Virus record (IMG/VR): IMGVR_UViG_3300046167_000724
From: a virus
Lineage: Duplodnaviria > Caudoviricetes
Reading direction: 5' to 3' (one strand)
Length of the DNA stretch: 64,000 bases
Shown here: positions 47,830 to 55,687 of the stretch, piece by piece
Layout: the number at the start of each line of letters is the position of its first letter
How positions within the stretch are numbered: the first letter of the stretch is position 1
Made by a program: the position numbers and the translations under genes
Notes under the pieces: generated by a model
Databases searched by the model: none
What the model was told of the DNA's origin: nothing
What the model saw: only the letters and a program-made list of their open reading frames with translations

Positions 47830-47912
47830 ATAAAAGCAAACGGGTCTAGGGGTAATATCCTTGACCCGTTTGTCGTCTAAGGACTTTTTATAAAAAAAAT
47901 AGAATTTTAAGA

Positions 47913-48917
47913 ATGTCAAAATTATTTGAAGAAAGAATAGAATACAAACCGTTTGAATATCCGGTTTATTATAATGAAGGTTGGTTAAAACAAGCACAAG
48001 CTTTTTGGTTACATACAGAAATCTCAATGCAGGGTGATGTTAAGGATTGGAATGAGAATCTATCTCCAGAAGAGAAGAATCTAGTCGGTAACATCCTCCT
48101 GGGATTTGCACAAACAGAATGTGCGGTTTCAGATTACTGGACAACAATGGTTACTAAGTGGTTCCCTAAGCATGAGATTAAGCAAATGGCTATGATGTTC
48201 GGTTCACAAGAAACAATTCACGCTACAGCGTATTCTTATCTTAACGAGACACTAGGTCTTGAAGATTTTTCAGGTTTCTTACACGAACCATCAATGGCAG
48301 ACCGCTTTGAATTCCTTATGAATACAGAAGCTGATTGGACATTTGAAGATTTAGTTGAAAACCCAAGAGCTAGAAAGCAAGTTGCAAGATCATTGGCAAT
48401 CTTTTCAGCATTTGCAGAAGGTGTTGCGCTTTATTCTTCATTTGCAGTTCTTTACTCATTCCAAATGAGAGATAAGCTAAAAGGCATTGGTCAACAAATG
48501 AAGTGGTCAGTAAGAGATGAGTCATTGCATTCTAAAATGGGTTGCCAGTTATTTAATCATATGACTGCAGAATATCCTGAGCTTCTTGATGAAGTTAAAT
48601 CTGATGTTATTGAAGCCGCAAGATTAATGGTTGATATGGAAATGAGTTATATTGATAAAATCTTTGAGCAAGGCGATCTTGAAAATCTTAAAGCGGACGA
48701 CTTAAAAGAGTTTATCAAAAAAAGAGCAAATGAAAAGCTAGCTGAATTAAACATTGACCCGGTTTTTATGTATAATGAAGATAAAGCAGGTGAGTTAGAT
48801 TGGTTCTATCATTTAACAGGCGGACACACTCATACTGATTTCTTTGCAGTTAGACCTACTGATTATTCAAAAGCAGGTGAGGATGAAAACTGGGATGAAG
48901 ATGATTTATTTGATTAA
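47913..48917 (+). CDS. nrdB: Class I ribonucleotide reductase beta subunit
   Basis: 'FWLHTE', 'FAQTE', 'QETIHATAY', 'FAEGVALYSSF', 'RDESLH'. Confidence 0.95.
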   Translation: MSKLFEERIEYKPFEYPVYYNEGWLKQAQAFWLHTEISMQGDVKDWNENLSPEEKNLVGNILLGFAQTECAVSDYWTTMVTKWFPKHEIKQMAMMFGSQETIHATAYSYLNETLGLEDFSGFLHEPSMADRFEFLMNTEADWTFEDLVENPRARKQVARSLAIFSAFAEGVALYSSFAVLYSFQMRDKLKGIGQQMKWSVRDESLHSKMGCQLFNHMTAEYPELLDEVKSDVIEAARLMVDMEMSYIDKIFEQGDLENLKADDLKEFIKKRANEKLAELNIDPVFMYNEDKAGELDWFYHLTGGHTHTDFFAVRPTDYSKAGEDENWDEDDLFD

Positions 48918-48926
48918 TAAAATAAT

Positions 48927-50732
48927 ATGAAAGATACTATAAATTACGGCGCAGAATTTGGTTGGGAACTTGGTGTTGATTTCCCCGTATGGGCAAACAC
49001 CGAAATATACGTTAAGACGGTTTCAAAAGGTTACCTAATTGACGATGAAACACCAAAAGATGCTTATTGGAGAGTGGCAACAGCAATTGCGAAAAGACTT
49101 CAAAAGCCTGAGATGGCTAGTAAGTTTTATGATTACATTTGGAGAGGTTGGTTAAATCTTGCTACTCCAGTGTTCTCAAATACAGGTACTGAAAGAGGTT
49201 TACCAATCTCGTGTTTTGGTATTGATGTCGCTGATTCTATCTACGATATCGGTAACAAGAACTTAGAGCTAATGCTTTTAGCGAAGCATGGTGGTGGCGT
49301 TGGTATTGGTGTAAACCAAATTAGACCAGCTGGTGCAAATATAAAAGGTAATGGTACATCTGATGGTGTAGTTCCGTTTATTAAGATTTATGATTCAACA
49401 ATCCTTGCGACAAATCAAGGGTCTGTTCGTAGAGGCGCCGCTTCTGTAAATATAGATATTGAGCATGCTGATTTCTGGGAATGGTTAGAGATTCGCGAGC
49501 CTAAGGGTGATGTGAACCGTCAATCATTAAACGTACATCAATGTGTTGTAGTTTCAGATGGTTTTATGCAAAAGCTAGAAGCTGGCGATAAAGAATCACG
49601 TAAAAGATGGGCAGCAGTTCTTAGAAAGCGTCGTTCAACTGGTGAGCCTTACATTATGTTTAAGGGTAATGTTAATAGAGCAAATCCAGACGCATACAAG
49701 AACAATGGTCTTAAAGTTTATATGACAAATATTTGTTCTGAGATTGCGTTGCACACTGATGAAAATCATTCATTTGTTTGTTGTCTATCTTCAGTTAACT
49801 TACAGAAGTATGACGAATGGAAAAATACTGACCTTATTTATACTGCAACATGGTTCCTTGATGGTGTTTTAGAAGAATTTCTTGCAAGAGCAAAATACAT
49901 GAGAGGTTTTGAAAATTCAGTACGTTCTGCAGAAAAAGGTAGAGCACTTGGTTTGGGTGTACTTGGATGGCACACATATTTACAAGAGCGTAATATTCCT
50001 TTTGATTCTATAGGTGCTCAGTTTGAAACTCGTAAGATCTTTTCTCAAATCAAGATTGAATCTGAAAGAGCTTCTAGAGATATGGCACAAGAATATGGTG
50101 AACCACTTTGGTGTGTTGGTACTGGAATGCGCAACACTCACTTAAGAGCTATTGCACCGACCGTATCAAACTCAAAGTTATCAGGTAATGTATCACCAGG
50201 TATTGAACCTTGGGCTGCTAACGTGTTTACTGAACAAACATCAAAGGGTACCTTTATTAGAAAGAACCCAACCCTTGAAAAATTCTTAAACGCAACAAAG
50301 CTAAATACAAAAGATATTTGGAATAAAATTCTTATTGATGGTGGTTCAGTTCAAGATGTTAAAGAATTTGAAGGTTGGTATGGGAAACACGCAACAGTTG
50401 GTGAATACATTAACCAAAAAAAGTACGACAAATTATCTAAATTAGAGAAAGATGAATGGACACCAATCAAAGAAGTGTTTTTAACTTTCAAAGAACTAAA
50501 CCAAATGGAATTAGTTAAGCAAGCTGGTGTCCGTCAACAATATATTGACCAGGCGGCATCACTAAACTTAGCGTTTCCAACAGAAGCTACTCCAAAGTTT
50601 ATTAACCAAGTACACATGGAGGCATACAAACAAGGTGTAAAGACTCTCTATTACATGAGAACTGAATCGGTCCTTAGAGGTGATATTGCAACTAGAGCAA
50701 CAGATCCGGACTGTCTTTCATGTGATGGATAA
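48927..50732 (+). CDS. nrdA: Class I ribonucleotide reductase alpha subunit (no ATP cone evident)
   Basis: 'PISCF', 'NQGSVRRGA', 'TNICSEI', 'CCLSSVN', 'IAPTVSNS', 'KTLYY', C-terminal 'CLSCDG'. Confidence 0.95.
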   Translation: MKDTINYGAEFGWELGVDFPVWANTEIYVKTVSKGYLIDDETPKDAYWRVATAIAKRLQKPEMASKFYDYIWRGWLNLATPVFSNTGTERGLPISCFGIDVADSIYDIGNKNLELMLLAKHGGGVGIGVNQIRPAGANIKGNGTSDGVVPFIKIYDSTILATNQGSVRRGAASVNIDIEHADFWEWLEIREPKGDVNRQSLNVHQCVVVSDGFMQKLEAGDKESRKRWAAVLRKRRSTGEPYIMFKGNVNRANPDAYKNNGLKVYMTNICSEIALHTDENHSFVCCLSSVNLQKYDEWKNTDLIYTATWFLDGVLEEFLARAKYMRGFENSVRSAEKGRALGLGVLGWHTYLQERNIPFDSIGAQFETRKIFSQIKIESERASRDMAQEYGEPLWCVGTGMRNTHLRAIAPTVSNSKLSGNVSPGIEPWAANVFTEQTSKGTFIRKNPTLEKFLNATKLNTKDIWNKILIDGGSVQDVKEFEGWYGKHATVGEYINQKKYDKLSKLEKDEWTPIKEVFLTFKELNQMELVKQAGVRQQYIDQAASLNLAFPTEATPKFINQVHMEAYKQGVKTLYYMRTESVLRGDIATRATDPDCLSCDG

Positions 50733-50738
50733 ACGTCT

Positions 50739-50816
50739 GTGTGGTTTGAAGACCACACCTTAGGACCGTTCTTAGTGAACGGATTAGAAGCCAGGGGTTC
50801 GCTACTTCCTGGCTTC
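50739..50816 (+). other. Three consecutive RNA hairpins in the nrdA 3' region
   Basis: gtgtggt/accacac (50739-58), ccgttc/gaacgg (50766-82), gaagccagg/cctggcttc (50787-816). Confidence 0.7.
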
Positions 50817-50825
50817 GCTCTTTAT

Positions 50826-50853
50826 GAAACAATCCTAATTTAATTTATATAAT
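50826..50853 (+). promoter_or_regulatory. GAAAC-N17-TATAAT promoter
   Basis: gaaac 50826-30, tataat 50848-53. Confidence 0.7.
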
Positions 50854-50888
50854 AAACGTATTGTCGCACTAAAAATATACAATACATT

Positions 50889-51218
50889 ATGGAAACACTT
50901 TATTTCATTTTAGGTATGCTTTCAGTGGTAACTTTAGTTGCTGTTGTGAGTGTGTTTAAGATTAAAAGAGAAATGTCAGAAATGGTCGAGGACCGTTTAG
51001 ATGGCGCAGTAAACCACCTTTCAAACTATATCGAAAAGATTGAAAGAAACATTGATAGCGTTGAACAAGAAATTGTAAACGCTGAAGAACGTTTATCTAA
51101 TTACGTTGATAAATTAGACGAGGGAATGACAAAATATGTTGATTCTCGCATAGATAAAATGGCAGACGGTATGTCAAAACATATCGCTGAAATTAATAGT
51201 CGGATAGCCGGTAAATAA
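50889..51218 (+). CDS. Small bitopic membrane protein with coiled coil, in a monocistronic unit
   Basis: N-terminal TM segment 'LYFILGMLSVVTLVAVVSVF', then heptad-rich helix; has its own promoter and terminator. Confidence 0.7.
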   Translation: METLYFILGMLSVVTLVAVVSVFKIKREMSEMVEDRLDGAVNHLSNYIEKIERNIDSVEQEIVNAEERLSNYVDKLDEGMTKYVDSRIDKMADGMSKHIAEINSRIAGK

Positions 51219-51237
51219 AAACAAAGCGACAATACAG

Positions 51238-51260
51238 AGAGGACTTCGGTCCTCTTTTTT
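51238..51260 (+). terminator. Rho-independent terminator with cUUCGg tetraloop
   Basis: agaggac-ttcg-gtcctct followed by a T run. Confidence 0.92.
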
Positions 51261-51266
51261 ATTATT

Positions 51267-51294
51267 GAAACATTCCCACATTAATCCATATAAT
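51267..51294 (+). promoter_or_regulatory. GAAAC-N17-TATAAT promoter
   Basis: gaaac 51267-71, tataat 51289-94; heads the clamp and pol-C genes. Confidence 0.7.
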
Positions 51295-51321
51295 AGTTAT
51301 ACAATTTTAAAAAAATAATAA

Positions 51322-52071
51322 ATGAAACTTCAAATTAACCGTATTGACCAGAATAGTTTGGTTGAGTTTGTTAACAAACTTAAAACAATCGACACGTTCT
51401 TGTACTTCAAATTACGTAATGGTAAAGTAACATCCGCTGTTTACTTACCACAAAGAGATGCAGTGAAATTGCACACAGCTCCAATTTCAGATTTGTTTTC
51501 AATCTCAGAAGCTTTACCAGAAGGTAAAGAACTTAAAGTAGCTTTCTTTGATGCAACTAAAGTATTAGATGCAATTAAGATGTTCCAGTCTGACCAGATT
51601 CAGGGTGAGATGGAATTTCAAGAAAACGAAGAAGACTTTGTATGTACATCACTTAAACTGTACAATGAAGAACTTGAAATTACATTAGCGTGTTCAGACC
51701 CATCATTAGGTTTTAAAGACCTTACAGATGCACAGCTTGAAACTATTTTTGACCGTGAAGGTACAGACTTTGATTTTGTACTAGATACGTTTACATTAGG
51801 TAAAATCCGTTCACTATTCTCTCTTGACAAAGAAGAAACATTTTCAATCACTGCTTCAAACGAAGAAGTACGCGTTCAAGGTAAAACTTATAATTACCAA
51901 GCTAATCAAGCATTTAATGGTAAGGCTTCAGAGGCTACACTTTATAAGAAGTATCTTAACCTACTAGACCGTGAAGAATACAGTGTTTATGTTTCTCGCA
52001 ATAAAGTAGTTATGAAGTCTAATGACTCAGAGACACTACTAACAATTGCTACTTGTCAAACAGCGGGATAA
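51322..52071 (+). CDS. gp45: Putative sliding clamp, gp45-like
   Basis: 249 aa, two-domain beta/alpha pattern with central 'ACSDPSL'; translationally coupled to the polymerase C-terminal gene. Confidence 0.55.
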   Translation: MKLQINRIDQNSLVEFVNKLKTIDTFLYFKLRNGKVTSAVYLPQRDAVKLHTAPISDLFSISEALPEGKELKVAFFDATKVLDAIKMFQSDQIQGEMEFQENEEDFVCTSLKLYNEELEITLACSDPSLGFKDLTDAQLETIFDREGTDFDFVLDTFTLGKIRSLFSLDKEETFSITASNEEVRVQGKTYNYQANQAFNGKASEATLYKKYLNLLDREEYSVYVSRNKVVMKSNDSETLLTIATCQTAG

Positions 52072-53288
52072 TGACATTAGAAGAGTTACAGAACACCCCG
52101 GTCGACTCACTCGGTAAAGAAGATTTGCAACGCTTGGCAGCTCACTATGATCAGTTAGCTGCCAAGTTCACTGCATATGAGCAAGCGGTAAAAGTTACAC
52201 TAAACTCTATCTACGGTGCCTTTGGTAATAAGTGGTTTCACTTCTTCAATATTGATATTGCTGAATCAATCACGCTACAAAGTCAGAATGCAATTTTATA
52301 TTCTGAGCAAATTTTAAATAAGTATGTTCAGGAGTTTTGGCATAAGGATACACAAGTTCACGAAGAACTTGGTGTTACTAAAGTTAAAAGTCCATGTAAT
52401 GAACCGTCAGTTATTTATATTGACACAGATTCTTGTTATGTACAGTTTGATGAATTGTACAATACTGTTGTTTGGGAAGATGAAGCAAACAAACCAGACA
52501 TTGATACATTTATTTTAGCGCTATACGACAAGCGACTAAAGCTATACATAGAGAAATGTATGCAAAAGTATGCTGACGCAACTAACACAGATAACTTCCT
52601 TGTTTTTGAACTTGAATCAGTTGCATATGGTGGTATTTGGATGTCTAAGAAGAAATACATTCAAGATATTGCATGGGATGATAAACTTCCAACAACTGAA
52701 AGACATACACCATTAAGTAAAGTTAAGACAATTGGTTTTGATACCATTCAATCATCAACACCAACATTTGCTCGTAAAAAATTAGCAGAAGCCCTTAAGG
52801 TTTTATTTACAGAACCTTCTGGTCCAACAGCTGAAACACTTGAGAAGTTAGTTAAGTTTTTGAAAGAGTCTAAAAAAGAATTTAAGTTAGCACCACTTGA
52901 TGATATATCTTTTAACAGACGTACAAACAACTTAGAAAAATACATCATTGACGATACGGTTGAATTTCAGTTTGGTATGAAGTGTCCACCTAACGTAAAA
53001 GCTGCAGGTTATTACAACTTTACACTAAACAATAATTCAAAGTACAAATCAAAGTACAAGATGATTGGTAATGGTGAAAAGCTTAAGATTTATAACTCAA
53101 TTGATAAAAACGGTTTATGTGATATCTTCGCATACCTTCCAGGTTCACACCCTTATGAGATTGCACCGCCGGTTGATTACGAAACACAATTTGAGAAATG
53201 TATTATTGACCCATTGAATAGGGTATTAGTCGCAGTTGGTCTTCATACCATCAACCGTAACCTAATTTATTCAACATCTTTATTTTAG
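52071..53288 (+). CDS. gp43: Family-B DNA polymerase, C-terminal subunit (fingers/palm/thumb)
   Basis: Motif B 'KVTLNSIYG', motif C 'YIDTDS', 'KKKY'. ATG 52071 (TAATG overlap) preferred over the ORF-track start at 52053. Confidence 0.9.
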   Translation: MTLEELQNTPVDSLGKEDLQRLAAHYDQLAAKFTAYEQAVKVTLNSIYGAFGNKWFHFFNIDIAESITLQSQNAILYSEQILNKYVQEFWHKDTQVHEELGVTKVKSPCNEPSVIYIDTDSCYVQFDELYNTVVWEDEANKPDIDTFILALYDKRLKLYIEKCMQKYADATNTDNFLVFELESVAYGGIWMSKKKYIQDIAWDDKLPTTERHTPLSKVKTIGFDTIQSSTPTFARKKLAEALKVLFTEPSGPTAETLEKLVKFLKESKKEFKLAPLDDISFNRRTNNLEKYIIDDTVEFQFGMKCPPNVKAAGYYNFTLNNNSKYKSKYKMIGNGEKLKIYNSIDKNGLCDIFAYLPGSHPYEIAPPVDYETQFEKCIIDPLNRVLVAVGLHTINRNLIYSTSLF

Positions 53289-53316
53289 AAACAAACGCGT
53301 GATTATAACGTATAAT
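53288..53316 (+). promoter_or_regulatory. GAAAC-N18-TATAAT promoter (GAAAC-N16-CGTATA)
   Basis: gaaac 53288-92, tataat 53311-16. Confidence 0.65.
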
Positions 53317-53323
53317 AGTTATT

Positions 53324-53464
53324 ATGGAAAATAAAAACAACGCACTTGATATAGTGCAAGAGATTTTAGAATTACATGTACAATATCCAAACGACCAAGA
53401 GTTCGGTGGTGAAGTGCGTAAAATAATGTGGAATAAAATCCACGGTGAAAACGTAACATATTAA
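53324..53464 (+). CDS. Small hypothetical protein (46 aa, not in the ORF track)
   Basis: MENKNNALDIVQEILELHVQYPNDQEFGGEVRKIMWNKIHGENVTY, directly after a promoter. Confidence 0.55.
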   Translation: MENKNNALDIVQEILELHVQYPNDQEFGGEVRKIMWNKIHGENVTY

Positions 53465-53468
53465 TATT

Positions 53469-53663
53469 ATGAAAGATAATCTAACTGATAGAGAGAAATA
53501 TTACGTAGAACGCTATGACTTTATTAACACAGAGTTAGGTCGTCTACAAAATGATATGTTACATATTGAAGAAGCAACTGCTCGGTTGTTATCTGAACTA
53601 CAGTCACTAAGACAAAAAGAGCAAATAGAATTTAAAGAAACAGAAACAGATGGCAAAGACTAA
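53469..53663 (+). CDS. Small coiled-coil protein
   Basis: 64 aa; overlaps the uvsX start. Confidence 0.55.
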   Translation: MKDNLTDREKYYVERYDFINTELGRLQNDMLHIEEATARLLSELQSLRQKEQIEFKETETDGKD

Positions 53664-54774
53664 AAAACAATTTACGTTCAACGACTTAAATGCTGAACTA
53701 AGTAACTTAAATCCACTCGGTTCCGTGATGGAACAATCTACGTTTTCTGACGTTACAGAATGGATTGACACTGGTAATTACCACTTGAACGCTTGTGTAT
53801 CAGGTTCACTTTTTGGTGGTTGGCCAAATAACAGGTCTTGTTCAATTGCAGGTCCCTCAGGTACTGGTAAGACATTCCTTATTTTGAATTCAATTCGCGA
53901 GGCAATAAATATGGGGTACTCAATTGTATTTTACGATTCTGAAGCCGCTGTTGATAAAGACCTTATGATTAAGTTTGGTATTGATACGTCTAAAGTAAAC
54001 TACCAACCAGTAAATACAGTTCAAGATTTTCGGACGTCTATCACAACAATTACGGGTAGAATGCAAGAAGTTAAAAGATCTGGTGGTGAAGTGCCTAAGA
54101 TTATGATTATCTTAGATTCAGCTGGTAACTTAGCAACTGCAAAAGAAATTGATGATGCACGTTCAGGTTCAGAGAAATCAGATATGACACGTTCTAAAAT
54201 ATTGAAGTCAATCTTCCGTATCATTATGACACCAATGGCTGACCTTAAGATTCCATTCCTGTTTACAAACCACACATACCAAACACAAGACTTTATTTCA
54301 CGTCAAGTTGCGGGTGGTGGTACAGGTCCAGAATACGCAGCATCTATTTGTCTATTCTTAGGTAAAGCACAGTTGAAAGATTCAGCTGGTGATAAAGCAG
54401 GTATTATTGTTACGGCTAAGCCAAATAAAAATCGTTTTGCAAAACCACATCCAATCAAATTCCATTTACATTATACTGAGGGTATGAACAAGTATGTTGG
54501 TCTTGAGCAATATATTGATTGGGAAGATATAGGCATTACTAGAGGTACTATCGAAAAAGGTGTAAAAACACCCAAGTCAACTGCAAGAAATTGGATTTGT
54601 AAACACTTAGATGGAACTGTAAGCAATGCTGATTTCTTTAGTGAAAAAGTATTTACAAAAGAAATTCTTGAAAAGATTGAAGAAAAGATTAAACCGTTAT
54701 TTAATTACGGTACAAATCTAGGCATTGATTATGATTCAATTATAGACCTCGACACTGATGATCTTAACGATTAA
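53650..54774 (+). CDS. uvsX: RecA-like recombinase UvsX
   Basis: 'IDTGNYHLN', Walker A 'GPSGTGKT', 'YDSE', 'LDSAGNL', 'TNHTY', 'GGGTGPEYAAS'. Confidence 0.92.
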   Translation: MAKTKKQFTFNDLNAELSNLNPLGSVMEQSTFSDVTEWIDTGNYHLNACVSGSLFGGWPNNRSCSIAGPSGTGKTFLILNSIREAINMGYSIVFYDSEAAVDKDLMIKFGIDTSKVNYQPVNTVQDFRTSITTITGRMQEVKRSGGEVPKIMIILDSAGNLATAKEIDDARSGSEKSDMTRSKILKSIFRIIMTPMADLKIPFLFTNHTYQTQDFISRQVAGGGTGPEYAASICLFLGKAQLKDSAGDKAGIIVTAKPNKNRFAKPHPIKFHLHYTEGMNKYVGLEQYIDWEDIGITRGTIEKGVKTPKSTARNWICKHLDGTVSNADFFSEKVFTKEILEKIEEKIKPLFNYGTNLGIDYDSIIDLDTDDLND

Positions 54775-55063
54775 TGAAGACTCAACGCCTATAAAATACA
54801 TCTTAGGCATTGAGAAAGACTTACCTGGATATCCTGAACCAATGGACATATTGTACCATACAATAGAACTTGCGGTCAGGAATCCCAAAAGATATAAAGG
54901 AACCTTTACAAGACACCATTGTGTGACGTATTGGTTTAAAGATGTTGATGAATCTATTGTTGATGAATCAATAAACAAGTTAACACAATCAGGTCATGTA
55001 CTACAAACAAACACAGACCCTGGAAAAGAATCATATAAAGTAATTATAAATCCATTTGAATGA
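54758..55063 (+). CDS. Hypothetical protein
   Basis: 101 aa, overlapping both neighbours. Confidence 0.55.
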   Translation: MILTINEDSTPIKYILGIEKDLPGYPEPMDILYHTIELAVRNPKRYKGTFTRHHCVTYWFKDVDESIVDESINKLTQSGHVLQTNTDPGKESYKVIINPFE

Positions 55064-55632
55064 TAGCAGTATTTGACGATTTCCTAGACCAGGAAATGCT
55101 AAACGAAATTAAGAACGATTCAACGTTCTTCCAAGATCCAGGTGTGTATTATTATTGGGCTGGTCCATGGAACGACCAACCGACCAATACATTAAAAAAG
55201 AGACTTATTGAAAAGTTGTGGCTTACGGGTTCACCTCTTAGTTTTTCTTTTCAATTAGCCGGCTTTGAGTACTGGACTGGTATACAGACTGCAAACCCTG
55301 AGATTGGGCATAAAAATATATTAGGTCCACACTACGACAAAGATGAGGCTTTATTTAAAAAGACAGGTGAAATTGTTACACCATTTATTGGAACAGTTTA
55401 CTATCCTGGAATTGAAGAGTGGGAAGGTGGTGACTTAGCGGTTTATACTGATGGTGCTGATAAATCTCCTGAAATAGTTAAAGCAAAACCAAACCGTTTA
55501 ATTATATTTCAAGCCGGTCAACATGTACATGAGGTACTTCCAGTAACTAAAGGTACACGACATGCCATTGCAATTAATTTGTGGTCAAAAGAGCCGTATG
55601 CTTTAGAGGCTAATGAGTTAATCATTGAATAA
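55060..55632 (+). CDS. 2OG-Fe(II) dioxygenase (prolyl-hydroxylase-like)
   Basis: HxD 'PHYD', 'WEGGDL', 'PNRLIIF', distal His 'HEVLPV', 2OG-binding Arg 'GTRHAI'. Confidence 0.85.
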   Translation: MIAVFDDFLDQEMLNEIKNDSTFFQDPGVYYYWAGPWNDQPTNTLKKRLIEKLWLTGSPLSFSFQLAGFEYWTGIQTANPEIGHKNILGPHYDKDEALFKKTGEIVTPFIGTVYYPGIEEWEGGDLAVYTDGADKSPEIVKAKPNRLIIFQAGQHVHEVLPVTKGTRHAIAINLWSKEPYALEANELIIE

Positions 55633-55641
55633 ATGTCAATC

Positions 55642-55669
55642 GAAACATATACACAATAACGTGTATAAT
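55642..55669 (+). promoter_or_regulatory. GAAAC-N17-TATAAT promoter
   Basis: gaaac 55642-46, tataat 55664-69; upstream of gp41. Confidence 0.7.
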
Positions 55670-55687
55670 AGTTGTAAATAAAAAAAC

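Noticed and set aside
50733-50823. tRNA or tmRNA (GGTTCG resembles a T-loop)
   Set aside because: No acceptor stem, D-arm or CCA end; the stems are serial rather than cloverleaf. No tRNA or rRNA gene was recognised anywhere in the window.
36112-52070. ORF-track start sites at 36112, 36389, 43912 and 52053
   Set aside because: Downstream ATGs (36127, 36446, 43927, 52071) fit better with the leader motif, promoter position or TAATG coupling.
47700-52200. Split intein or intron joining the two polymerase halves
   Set aside because: No Cys/Ser-initiated N-intein at the end of the N-half, no His-Asn/Cys-Ser-Thr junction at the start of the C-half, and no homing endonuclease; the intervening DNA is ordinary genes.
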